Shown here: in pieces, positions 39,601 through 48,900 of the stretch
Layout: the number at the start of each line of letters is the position of its first letter
How positions within the stretch are numbered: the stretch's first letter is position 1
Assembly (NCBI GenBank): GCA_001780035.1
Contig: MFEY01000004.1
Coordinates: 81,405-145,404, forward strand
Origin: Candidatus Doudnabacteria bacterium RIFCSPHIGHO2_12_FULL_48_16
GTDB lineage: Bacteria; Patescibacteriota; Doudnabacteria; UBA920; O2-02-FULL-48-8
Length of the DNA: 64,000 nucleotides
Direction: 5' to 3'
Translations under genes and position numbers: made by a program
The notes under the pieces: model-generated
Databases searched by the model: none
Seen by the model: the letters and a program-made list of their open reading frames with translations, nothing else
Told to the model about the DNA's origin: nothing

Positions 39601-39759
39601 GGGCTGCGGCGGATCGTCTTCCTGGCAGGTATCGGTAAAATCCTGGTTCGGCGGCGGGCAATCGCCAGCAGCGTGAACCCGATGCGGGCTGATCAAATAA
39701 ACGCCGACCAGAAGCGGAATTAAAAATAATAAAACTTTAGTTGAATTGTTGAGCTTCAT
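36637..39759 (-). CDS. Large surface protein with Ig/FN3-like, GBS Bsp-like and DUF11-like domains
   Basis: VYFPAWTDTGGQDDLIWY, GDTLTYQITIVNDG and C-terminal PSFREVAP. Confidence 0.82.
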   Translation of the reverse strand: MKLNNSTKVLLFLIPLLVGVYLISPHRVHAAGDCPPPNQDFTDTCQEDDPPQPDPEGSDGTTKTVTTGLSSDGRNDPVTALFLSVFPGNWGQVYQIDWQILQNDNPSPGIEFCVNNTSAWGDGFCNTVQTYEGSPGDDTGSPSIVTGGIDSLDYTYYSHLVVRLKVHQTFFNENDVQVKWTMHRREFTSLDSSSLLTPSIATGVSPQFSWTTTGTVPSRQMFMEGPNGIGGFWDDSDGMPEDTESWSLPIALNTPGTYIFSLRVAGPARMGGEDFRTWDTIVTVQSSGGSPPGAFSLTNLSCFNWPNPEVEVNSSQSSGAVTYTLERRQGSGSWAVVASNLTYAELDQYADSVSKNQTYEYHIIASNPSGSTTSSNTLSISATQANCGGPPPVAPTASISANPNPVDNNTASTVSWSSTNASSCTVAQTGWTGTSGSQSTGNLTAASTYTVNCTGAGGSASDSVTVDVNSAPPPPTAPTCTSATPDEDSVYTTAPTRRTYANGVVNATNVWFPTFTDAQGGAGAVWYPGAILSGNEWYVDIPVSGNLPASHVNVHVYMTNANFSNQWCDSANFNVTVPPAGPTVWIKANGQPTSITISNNTAADITWGSANVTSCSVSPGGWTGTSGSNSTGNLTATTTYTVNCDNGAATASVTVNVNAPSGMTCTSATPDSDSISTAQSTRRTFANGVSGNTGMVYFPAWTDTGGQDDLIWYEGNILSGNQWYYDIPMSAHPGTGGVNVHVYLWNGSAGFVWCDSANFTVTASASLVFGITYTALTLNEPTGVSVSNIPCQTITTTWSYSNNGVENGFYVYRSIDGATWGSPISGLLGTGVRSYQDTPPQTNVRYYYRVSAHRGVVIDPLEAYSGSANAMNVACVANLSSSSKALIRVNGAAYSGTTVIKDGDTLTYQITIVNDGPANATVNYICDNASGNLTDIRNLSVSGSGSASSGISQNNAACLAGGNSGLRFNVSGIKNIANNWLVTFDATFTASASSGSQEIVTNCGVVYYTDSEARSKIACAPTIIVNKNKGQVPSFREVAP

Positions 39760-39777
39760 TATTGAGCTATATAAACT

Positions 39778-40329
39778 TTATAATGCCTGGAACGATTCCA
39801 AGAAATTTTCCACGCTCTGATCCATCTTGGCCGGCTGGCCGGGCGAGATTTCAAAAATTATTTTGCGGCCATCAGGCGCTTGCCACAGCAAATCGGTAAA
39901 CGTTACGGTCGAAGCGGCTCGCCCCTCCATGGCCGGCACTTGCCTTTCGATATCGACGCGGATCATGGTTTTGCCGCCAACTGTTATCTGACGGCCTTTA
40001 TCAAGACCCAAAGCCTCAATGATACTTTCGGGGTATTCGATTTTCACCAAAATGCTGGGTTTCGATGAATCCGCGGCATTTTCGCTAACCCGAACATAAC
40101 CTTGGGACGGCGAAGCGAGCCAGGTTTCCGGCTTCTCAAAACTGACTTTATTGGTCTGATCTATGTAAGGCTGATAAACCAGCGGAGCGGGACTTTGATT
40201 GCGTAAATAGAAAAAAGCCCCTGCTACAAGGACTAAAATTACAATTATGGAGATAACTGTGACCTTTAGTTTCACTTTTGTTTCGATCGTCTTTCTGAAT
40301 TTGAATATATTATAGCATATATTCGACAA
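39778..40329 (-). CDS. Membrane-anchored PsbP-like hypothetical protein
   Basis: TM helix, VSFEKPETW and C-terminal FLESF. Start uncertain. Confidence 0.65.
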   Translation of the reverse strand: MSNICYNIFKFRKTIETKVKLKVTVISIIVILVLVAGAFFYLRNQSPAPLVYQPYIDQTNKVSFEKPETWLASPSQGYVRVSENAADSSKPSILVKIEYPESIIEALGLDKGRQITVGGKTMIRVDIERQVPAMEGRAASTVTFTDLLWQAPDGRKIIFEISPGQPAKMDQSVENFLESFQAL

Positions 40330-40349
40330 GTGCGCAACTCTTTGAAAGC

Positions 40350-40738
40350 GTGGGGCGTTGAGCGTACAGCAGAGAGGTTTATTTATCCTTAAGCTTTGAA
40401 ATCATGACGTAAAGCATTCTCTGTATTTCATCTAAAAGCGCTTCAGCTTTGGAATAATCGATATCCGTATATTGTTGCTTACAAATAATAAGCTGGGTCT
40501 CGAGTTCAGCAGCTGATGAAATGGCAATCGCTAAAAATTGTATAAATTCTGCTCTATGATTTCTCCTATAGCCTTCTGCAATGTTCGAAGGAATTATAAC
40601 GGCAGCCCGCTGCATTTGCGAGGATAGACCATAAATTTCATTGACCAATTCAATTGATTTTTGCCAAACAATGAGTTCTTTGTACGAATTTAGTTTCATA
40701 AATATTTTAGTTATTTTTCTCAACGCTCTACGCTTGGC
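40350..40738. mobile_element. Four-helix-bundle gene flanked by inverted heptamer arrays (family C)
   Basis: Left GTGGGGC GTTGAGC GTACAGC AGAGAGG, right TCTCAAC GCTCTAC GCTTGGC. Confidence 0.6.
40379..40699 (-). CDS. Four helix bundle protein, paralogue of 29030-29383 with a 12-aa internal deletion
   Basis: MKLNSYKELIVWQKS..EIY/GLSSQMQRAAV..PSNIAEG. Confidence 0.85.
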   Translation of the reverse strand: MKLNSYKELIVWQKSIELVNEIYGLSSQMQRAAVIIPSNIAEGYRRNHRAEFIQFLAIAISSAAELETQLIICKQQYTDIDYSKAEALLDEIQRMLYVMISKLKDK

Positions 40739-40812
40739 AATAAAAAACAGGGAGCGACGCTTGTGCATCACTCCCCGCAAACAGACGAAGGTGGCCTGAC
40801 CGCAAGATCAGA

Positions 40813-41292
40813 TCACTGAACGATCAGCGTCGGCGACTGGCGAGAATCCGCGCCGTAGGCGTCGCTGATCTGCGCCATCGGGGTGTATACGCCGGTCTTC
40901 TTCGCCACGAAGTCGGTGAGCATGTTGGCGTTGAAGCTTGCTTGCACAGGGCTGTCCGGGCGGCTGATCTCGGCAACGACGTTGCCGGCCGGATCAAAGA
41001 CCTTGAGGCTCCGATTCACGTTGCGGTCCGTGTTGACCGTGGCTATCATGACAACCCGGATATTCGAACCCATGGGCACGGGTCCGGTCACGAGTGGGCC
41101 GCGCGGATCCCCGAGTCCCGTCGGCGCGTAGTGGAACTCGATGCCGGTGATGACGGGGGCCGTGGGCGTAGTTCCCACCGGCGGCGGATCCGGCTGAGTC
41201 GGGCTCCGCTTTCCGCAGGCGGCGAGGGCGCTGAGCATCAAGCACAGCGCCAAGATCACGACGACGTTCGACGCGGCGTTGCGCTTGGTCAT
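40813..41292 (-). CDS. GC-rich lipoprotein with an Ig-like domain
   Basis: GGAGG SD, lipobox LAAC and SPTQPDPPP linker. Confidence 0.75.
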   Translation of the reverse strand: MTKRNAASNVVVILALCLMLSALAACGKRSPTQPDPPPVGTTPTAPVITGIEFHYAPTGLGDPRGPLVTGPVPMGSNIRVVMIATVNTDRNVNRSLKVFDPAGNVVAEISRPDSPVQASFNANMLTDFVAKKTGVYTPMAQISDAYGADSRQSPTLIVQ

Positions 41293-41398
41293 TACATCCT
41301 CCCTTTGGATGTGTGAAGGCCCTTGTGGGGCCGGTTGTGTGCTAGTGGTTCTATCGTAACTGGGAATTATACACCTGAACAGGGATTTTGTCAAGTGG

Positions 41399-41442
41399 AA
41401 AAGTCAAAAAAACGGCTGTGGTTAGCCGTTTTTTTGACTTTA
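41399..41442. terminator. Long perfect hairpin, bidirectional terminator-like
   Basis: AAAAGTCAAAAAAACGGCT GTGGTT AGCCGTTTTTTTGACTTT. Confidence 0.65.
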
Positions 41443-41529
41443 TATAATCTTTAAATAAGCATAAAAACAGGGGTTTCCCAGAACTCTCTGGAAAACCCCG
41501 TATAACGAGCACCTGCCACAGGTCGCCGA

Positions 41530-42399
41530 CTACCGTTGCAGCGTCGTGGTAGCGGCTGCTAGTACCGATTCCAATTCAGCGGCGAACTGAGCCGTGAGAT
41601 CGCCCTTGCTGTCCCCGTCTTCCACCCAGGGCTTCTTGTTGATGCCGCCCTCGTGTTTGCGCTGGAAGACCCGAACGCGAACAGTAGCAGCGCCGTTGTT
41701 ATCGATGACCTGGACCACGGCCCTGTCTTCACAGCGATTGCCGATGCCGCAGCGTCGATTGTGACCCCACTCGGTCGAAATCCGATCGCCCTCGATCTTG
41801 TAGTCGGCGTTGCGGCTTTCGAAAAACGTTTTCAACGTTTTCGTTACCGCGATAGGCGCCAGCGTTGTCGGAATTACTGCCGGCTCGCCGTCCTTCAACT
41901 TCTTGCCGTCAACGGTGCTGCTGTCCTTCTTACCGCCGACGAGCCCCGCCAGTCCAAACATCGGAAACTTGCGGCCGCGGGAGGCGGGTTTCTGGTCAGG
42001 AGCCTCCGGGGTAATCGTTGGAGCGGTCGGAACGGTGGTGGCCACAACTGGCGTCGCGTTCACTGGTGCGGGTTCGGGCGAATACGGTTTGCCCAAGACG
42101 GCGGCAATGACTCGGCCCGAAAGCTTGACGGCCTTGAGCGCGATGAGGCCGTCGGCCGAAGTATCAAACGATTTATTCGACGCCGCCTCGATCGCGTTCA
42201 CGATCTCTTGTTCGGTGAACCCGGCGGCGTGCAGTTTGAGCACGTCTTCGTTCGTGAATGGTCTTGGCTTCGCCGATTCGGCAGGAGCCGGTGCTTGTGT
42301 CGCGGCCGCGGGCTTGGGCTTGGCCTTGGTAGCCTGCGCCCAGACCACGCTTCCCGACAGGACGAAACAGATTGCCGCGACAAACAGACGACTTCTCAT
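41530..42399 (-). CDS. GC-rich secreted hypothetical protein
   Basis: GGAGG SD, signal peptide ending VWA, FTNEDVLKL..AG motif and BamC-like C-terminal domain (ISTEW). Confidence 0.75.
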   Translation of the reverse strand: MRSRLFVAAICFVLSGSVVWAQATKAKPKPAAATQAPAPAESAKPRPFTNEDVLKLHAAGFTEQEIVNAIEAASNKSFDTSADGLIALKAVKLSGRVIAAVLGKPYSPEPAPVNATPVVATTVPTAPTITPEAPDQKPASRGRKFPMFGLAGLVGGKKDSSTVDGKKLKDGEPAVIPTTLAPIAVTKTLKTFFESRNADYKIEGDRISTEWGHNRRCGIGNRCEDRAVVQVIDNNGAATVRVRVFQRKHEGGINKKPWVEDGDSKGDLTAQFAAELESVLAAATTTLQR

Positions 42400-42556
42400 A
42401 ATTTCCTCCATCAAGTTGTGATCAATTCAGTAGCCTAATTGTAGTCCAAACCCAATTTAAAATCAAAACGCCAAACTACGGGAATAGCTTGGCTACAGTG
42501 ATAAAAAACGAGGGGTTCTCCGGAAAATGAATCCCGAAAAACCCCTAGCGACCGCT

Positions 42557-43219
42557 TCACCTCGGCCAGTATACGACCTGGACTAAGCCCTTGTAGGCGC
42601 CTAGGGTGTCCAGGCCATACGCGGCGACCGTGACTGTGAGATGCCGCGACGGCGAAGCGGTTGCTCCGACGCCGAGACCGAAGATCGGCAGCCAGGAATG
42701 GCCTTCGAAAATTTCGACCACGCTCTCGGAAGATATGGGCGGTCCATCGTATCGCCGGGTTCCGGGCGCGGGCTGGAACTTGGCGACTGAACCGCTGACC
42801 TTCCCGACCCCGCCGTGAACTGTAAGCATGGGCGCCACCGGCCACTTGGTCGGGCCGAAGCGGAACTGCCTCTCGACCTTGAGACCGCGAATCGCGACGT
42901 TGTCCGTGACAAAGCGGTAGAAGCCGTCGTTGGCCGAGCTCCCGTCTTTTATTCGGATCTGCGTGAACGTAATCCGGATCATGGAATGACCCGGGCGGCC
43001 GCGCGCCGCGCCGACATCGAATGTCCGGCCGGTCATGTCGAGCTCCAGCCCGATCTTCTCCATGAACGTGGACAGCGGCCCGCTGTCGAGCTTGCCGAGT
43101 GTCCCGCCCGCCGTCGGCGCCCATTGCGAGTCCTCTTTGGATTGCGCCGCGACCGGTGAAGCGGCACAGAGGGCCGCCAGACCAACCACCATCGCCACCA
43201 TCAGTCGTAACCGTGTCAT
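42557..43219 (-). CDS. GC-rich secreted protein with beta-barrel-like alternating strands
   Basis: GAGGAGG SD, signal peptide ending VAA, amphipathic strands, C-terminus YKGLVQVVYWPR. Confidence 0.7.
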   Translation of the reverse strand: MTRLRLMVAMVVGLAALCAASPVAAQSKEDSQWAPTAGGTLGKLDSGPLSTFMEKIGLELDMTGRTFDVGAARGRPGHSMIRITFTQIRIKDGSSANDGFYRFVTDNVAIRGLKVERQFRFGPTKWPVAPMLTVHGGVGKVSGSVAKFQPAPGTRRYDGPPISSESVVEIFEGHSWLPIFGLGVGATASPSRHLTVTVAAYGLDTLGAYKGLVQVVYWPR

Positions 43220-43402
43220 GTTGATCCTCCTCAGAATCTGACGTGTTGATTGCCGTGATTGCCTCGCATCATAACTCAAGCAAAGCCCCGCAGTCAAGGC
43301 CGCGGGGCTTTATAAAAACTCTAGAATTATTTGATCTTGCCCTACTCGCCGATGCGGCCGGAGACGCCATCTAAAACCTTAAGTTTTTTTAGACCATATT
43401 TC

Positions 43403-45172
43403 CTACTGCACCGTCGTGCCCTTATTGTTGAGCGTATCGTCGTCAATTGACGCTGTATCCACCACCGCAATTGGGACGGTTTGCAAGGCTTGCCCCACAA
43501 ACGCATCAGTACCGGTGGCCGCAATGTCTTTGAGCAGAATCATGGGCTTGTTGCGGTCCGAGTCGGTCGGCGTAACTTCGATCTGGAATGTAACTTTGGC
43601 CGCGGGCGAAAACTTGCCGGTGAATGCCGGCACGGTTCCGAGGAGCCAGCGAATCTTGCCGGAATTGGAATCATAAACCAAGCGGCTCTTTTCCGAATCT
43701 GGCACGATGACATTTTTCCAAGCGGAGGGCGCTAGGGGCATAGAGGCCACAACCTGGGTATCGGTGGAATCGTTGGAGGAATTGGACAGCAGGAACGTCA
43801 CAGCGAACAGGGTCGGCTTGCCGACTTCCATGGGCGCGCTACCGGAAACAAAATCCCCCTGCACCTGCAGATCAAGGCTGGAGATGAGTTTCAAAGATGA
43901 GGCCAGAGCCTTGGTCGGCTTACTCGCTTCGTCGGAGCTGATGCTGGCGGAAACCGCGACCGACTGGTTTTTGAGATTGCTGCCGATGGTCGATCTAAGC
44001 GGCACGCTGAACCGCAGCCGGCCGGCTTCGTTCGGCGACAGGATCGACAGACCGGGACTGGTCGCGGCTTTCCAGGTGATCGTATGATTGGTGATGATGG
44101 CGTCGGAGGCGACAATCCGGGCATAATCAATGGCCGGGCTTTCCAGCTGAACCGCAATCACCAGATTGTTGAGACCGATGTTGCCCTTGTTGGAATAATC
44201 AAGATCGTAATTGATCGTCTCGCCGAGCCGGACAAAATCTTTGTGATCGGCGCTCACGCTAAGGGATAGCGCGGCCGGGACAATCCGGAACGTGGCCGTG
44301 GCCGTAATCTGCGGCGCAAAGTTGTTATTGATGATCTGGCCCAGCCAGGCCGTGACCAGCTGTTGTGAATTGGCGTCCCCGGTAAAGCTGCCCGTGATAT
44401 CGAGGCTGGCGGAACTGTTGGTTAGGAGCTTGGGCAATTTCCAAAAATTGTTGCCACGCGACGGGGGTTGCTCACTGGAGCTGAAGATATAACCGGGCGG
44501 GTAGCTTAATTCCACGGCCAGATTGTCGAAATCCTGAGGCGTGACATTGGTAAAGGTCACGGAAAAAGTCGTGTCCTGTCCGCCGATGACATCGACCGGG
44601 CCCGCAATGTCCATGGTCAGATCCGGCGGCAGGATGTTGGTGTGGATGGATTCCTCGATGACAAAAATCGAATTGAAATTGGACAGCTTGTATTGCAGCC
44701 TGGCTTTGATTTGCTTGTCCTCGCCGGTCGAGCCGGATAATTTGCCGCGCACCACGACCGCGCTGTCCTGGCCGGCCGGCACCGGCGGGAGATTAAAGCT
44801 CGATCCCCCGGCCATGGTCGGCATGGGCGTGGCGGATTTAAACGTCCAACCCGAGGGATAAAAAATTTCCAGCGTCAGCCCGACCAAGTCGGCGTTCTCA
44901 CCGTTGCGGTAAGTGATCGTATATTCCGCTTCGTTGTTGGAGGTAATCTGCGACGGGCCCTTGATCAGGAGCAAAACGTTGCTGGACTTGGGCGCAATGC
45001 TGTTGTTGCCCGACAGGAAATACCAAAAAATTCCGGCGATCAGAAGAAGGGCCGCGGCGGCGGCGATCCAGACCGTGTTTTTTTTGAACCAATGCCGAAA
45101 CCCCCTGTCCGGGTTATTATACTCAACCGGAATCTCGCTGCGGGTTTTATCGTCTAAAATTTGATCTTCCAT
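43403..45172 (-). CDS. Membrane-anchored protein with repeated DUF11/Ig-like domains
   Basis: TM helix and repeated G....Y.I.Y.N.....L..L...L.YP modules. Confidence 0.82.
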   Translation of the reverse strand: MEDQILDDKTRSEIPVEYNNPDRGFRHWFKKNTVWIAAAAALLLIAGIFWYFLSGNNSIAPKSSNVLLLIKGPSQITSNNEAEYTITYRNGENADLVGLTLEIFYPSGWTFKSATPMPTMAGGSSFNLPPVPAGQDSAVVVRGKLSGSTGEDKQIKARLQYKLSNFNSIFVIEESIHTNILPPDLTMDIAGPVDVIGGQDTTFSVTFTNVTPQDFDNLAVELSYPPGYIFSSSEQPPSRGNNFWKLPKLLTNSSASLDITGSFTGDANSQQLVTAWLGQIINNNFAPQITATATFRIVPAALSLSVSADHKDFVRLGETINYDLDYSNKGNIGLNNLVIAVQLESPAIDYARIVASDAIITNHTITWKAATSPGLSILSPNEAGRLRFSVPLRSTIGSNLKNQSVAVSASISSDEASKPTKALASSLKLISSLDLQVQGDFVSGSAPMEVGKPTLFAVTFLLSNSSNDSTDTQVVASMPLAPSAWKNVIVPDSEKSRLVYDSNSGKIRWLLGTVPAFTGKFSPAAKVTFQIEVTPTDSDRNKPMILLKDIAATGTDAFVGQALQTVPIAVVDTASIDDDTLNNKGTTVQ

Positions 45173-45184
45173 ATGATTTTCTTT

Positions 45185-45230
45185 TTAGATCTCCCCTCCC
45201 CTGACGAGGGGAGGGGGTCGGGGGTGGGGT
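45185..45230. repeat. BoxC-like solo arm
   Basis: CTCCCCTCCCCT GACG AGGGGAGGGGG TCGGGGGTGGGGT. Confidence 0.7.
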
Positions 45231-45234
45231 CAAT

Positions 45235-45783
45235 TTAATTTATAATAAGCATAAACTCTTCGGATTTCAGATGGCGGTCCAGAATCGATTCCACGAAATC
45301 CACTACCGCGCTGTGGGACTGGGCCTGCTTAGGCGAACCAAAGCCCAAATCTTGAGCCAGGTTCAGCGCAAAGTTGTCGATCAGATCATGGCCGTGGATC
45401 TGTTCCGCCTTATCCAGCTCCTGCAGGAAATTTTTCAACAGCTCAAAGGCCTGCTCGTTGGGATGCTCATCCGCGGTCATCTTGAGCATCAGCTCCGCGG
45501 CATAGAACGCCACCGCCGCTTTTTTTAGATCTTCGCGCAGGCTGCCGAACTGCCGGATGGATTTGACGCCAATCAGAGTTGCCAGGCCGTGATGGCCGGC
45601 TAGGTCAATCTCGCAAATCCCCAAGTCGGCCAAGCAAAAATTTAGTTTGCTTTTAAGCAGACGCACGCCGCGCGCTAGGGCCCGCACTTTGCCCGCCTGT
45701 TTGGTCCAGAGCGTTAAAATTTGATCCGCCTCGCGGTAATTTTGTTTTTTTAAAATAATGCCTGTTAGTTTTTTGTATTTCAT
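45235..45783 (-). CDS. recO: DNA repair protein RecO (short form)
   Basis: GIILK...YREAD.ILTL.T...GKV..LARGVR...SKL. Confidence 0.9.
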   Translation of the reverse strand: MKYKKLTGIILKKQNYREADQILTLWTKQAGKVRALARGVRLLKSKLNFCLADLGICEIDLAGHHGLATLIGVKSIRQFGSLREDLKKAAVAFYAAELMLKMTADEHPNEQAFELLKNFLQELDKAEQIHGHDLIDNFALNLAQDLGFGSPKQAQSHSAVVDFVESILDRHLKSEEFMLIIN

Positions 45784-45792
45784 AGTGTTATT

Positions 45793-45903
45793 CCCCTCCC
45801 CTCCCCTCCCAGGGGAGGGTGGCCGGAGGCCGGGTGGGGTAGTTTATATAAGCTACCTCTCTGTCGCTTCGCGACATCTCTCCTGAAAGGAGAGATGAAC
45901 TGC
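45793..45903. mobile_element. Permuted (right arm then left arm) gene-less copy of the DUF559 family-2 element
   Basis: Matches 53676-53726 followed by 53250-53306, joined by GGTAGTT-TATATAA-GCTACC. Confidence 0.75.
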
Positions 45904-45910
45904 CACTAAA

Positions 45911-48900
45911 CTATTCTAATTTTAGAGATATCTTCTTGCCATCCACGTCAATTTCCGTCCCGCCGGATTCTTTCACCATCTTCGAAATATACTTCTTTTT
46001 GGTATCAATCAACTCCATTGCTGCGGCTAAATCCGAGTCATCTGTATTATAACTCAATGTTACCGGTTGCCCAACTTTAAACCCGAGCTTTTTGCGCATT
46101 TCCTGCACCGCGCGGGTAAGTTCCGCTGCCAGGCCTTCCTGCTTGAGTTCTGAAGTAATGTTTAGATCAAATTCCAGCTTGTCCCCTGCTTTGACGGCTT
46201 TGACGTTCAATTCGTCCGCGAGAATTTCTTCAAACTCTTGGGCCAGTTGCTTGCCTGAATAACCAAACGAATTCAACGGCTGGCGCAGTTTGATGTTCGC
46301 CGCCTTGCGCAAAGAGTGCCCCTGCTCCACCAGATCCCGCACCATTTGCATTTGATTCAAGACTGCTGTTTGATCTGGGGTCAATTCCAATTGCTCCGGC
46401 CATTTGGCCAAGTGAACCGATGGCACTTCCAGACGGCGGTTAAGATTTTGATATATCAGTTCTCCGAGATAAGGCATGGTCGGGGCGATAACTTTGGCCA
46501 ATGTCAGCAGGGCGTGGCGCAAGGTGCCAAAAAAATGAGCATCTTTGCGGCCGCGACTTCTGCGCAGATACCAAGTTGATAATTCATTGATGTAATTTTC
46601 AATCGCGCGCGTGGCTTTAACCGTATTGTAACCATCGAGCTGATCGGTAACTTCATTCACAAGCTCTTGAGTTTTGGCCACGATCCAAAGATCAAGAACT
46701 GATTTGAAATTTGAAATTTGAAATTTGAAATTTTTCTCAGGTTCCCAACCCGCCTCGTTGGCATAAGTCACGAAGTAATTAAACACATTCCATAGGATCA
46801 AAATATTCTTGCGGTAAATTATGCCCAATTCCCGTTCGCTGAAATTCAAATCCTCGGCCTGCATGACCGGCGAATTCATCAGGTAAAACCGCAGGGCGTC
46901 GACCCCGTATTTTTCGATCATCAGCCACGGATCCGGATAATTGCGCTTGGATTTGCTCATCTTCGCCCCATCCTCAGCCAGGATCGTGCCAGTGGTCAGG
47001 ATATTTTCAAATGGCGCAGAATTGAACAAAATCTGGGCCATGACATGCATGACGTAAAACCAGGCCCGGGTTTGGGGCAAGTATTCCACGACAAACTGCC
47101 CGGGAAACCGGCTCTTAAAAATTTCTCCTTGGGCGAACGGATAGTGATATTCGGCAAACGGCATGGAACCGGCTTCAAACCAGGAGTCAAAAATTTCGCT
47201 GATGCGATGGGCCGGCTGGCCACATTCTTTGCATTTGATCACAACTTCATCAATATATGGCCGATGCAAATCCAGAATGCTGACATCAATCTCATAAATC
47301 TTATCAGTGTGGTTATTCGGATTCTCCTGTTCCGAGCCATAATGCTCCAACAACACCCATAAGGGGTCGCCGTGACCCACGACCACTATGCGTTTGCCTT
47401 CGTATTTTTGATTAATTTCATTCACGAACGCCACCATTCGCTGTTGCACCTGGGTCAGCGTTTCGCCGCCTTCCGGCGCTTCTTTCCAAATATCATGATG
47501 CGCAATATAATCATAAAATTCTGAGACCGGCCGATTGTCATAAATGCCGGTGTCGTATTCACGCAAGCGGGCATCTGTCATTACCGGAGCCCCTAAGTGC
47601 TTACCGATAATTTCGGCGGTGGATTTGGTGCGTAAAAAATCCGAGGAAAAAATTAAATCGACGCCACCTCTGTCTTTGAGGCCTTGGGTGACTTTTTCAG
47701 CATTCTCGAATCCCTTGTCCGTCAAAGGGTATTTATCCGTTTCGAGTTTAGTGCTACTGACCCGCAATGTATTTTTGGTGGATTGTCCATGGCGCACAAA
47801 ATAAAACGTATTTCGGTTCAGACCAAGATCTTTGATGGATCCCACTACATTCACATGTCCGACTTCGCACTTCCAGACCGGAATCGGATTGCCCCAGTAG
47901 CGGTTGCGGGAAATATTCCAGTCCGGCGCGGCTTCCACGGATTTCTGGTAGCGGCCATGCTTAAGATGGTCAGGATACCAGTTCATCTGCGCCTCGTTGG
48001 TGCGCAACAAATCCGGTTTCACTTTCTGCACATTTACAAACCAGGCCGGAATGGCATTGTAGAACAGCGCCGTGCCGCAACGCCAGCAGTGCGGATACGA
48101 GTGCTGGTGCTGCTGTTTGGCAAACATCAATCCCCTGGCTTCCAAATCTTTCTTGATTGTTTTTTCCGCCGCTTTGAAATACTGACCCCGGATCAAACTT
48201 GGCGCGTTATCGTTAAAAATGCCTTTTTCGTCCAAAAGCGGGACAACCGGCAGGCCTTCTTTAAGCCCCAAATTGTAATCGTCTTCGCCATAAACCACAG
48301 CCGTGTGCACCACGCCGGTGCCATCTTCAATATTAACAAAATCCGCGGCGTAGACTTTGTAAGATTTGTCCGAGTGAACCGCCGGCACGTCGAACAGGGG
48401 CTCATAGGAGAGACCGACAAGTTCTGAACCCTTAAACGGAAAATCGAGAATCGAGAATCGAGAATCGGGGTGCAATTTCATGAGATCGTTCACCCGATCT
48501 TTAGCCAAGAGATAAACCTCCTGATTCATTTTTACCTTCACATAATCAATATCCTTACCAACGGCGAGAGCTACGTTACCGGGTAGAGTCCATGGTGTTG
48601 TGGTCCAAGCCAATATAAAAGTATTAACGAATTTCGGATTACGAATTGCGAATTTTACGGTCACCGCTTCTTCCGTCACATCCCGGTAGCTATTATCCAT
48701 AGCAACCTCAAAGTTGGACACCGGCGTTTCGCAGCGCGGGCAATACAGCAGCACCTTGCGGCCTTCGTAAATCAAACCCTGCTCGTAAACCTGTTTGAAC
48801 GCCCACCAAACGGATTCCATATAATCCCGATCCATGGTCTTGTAGGAATTGTCGAACTCCACCCAGCGCGCGATCCGCCGGATGGTTTTGCGCCACTCGG

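Noticed and set aside
18712-40699. Diversity-generating retroelement suggested by Avd-like genes and a CLec-like C-terminus at 897-1060
   Set aside because: No reverse transcriptase, and I saw no TR/VR pair differing at adenines.
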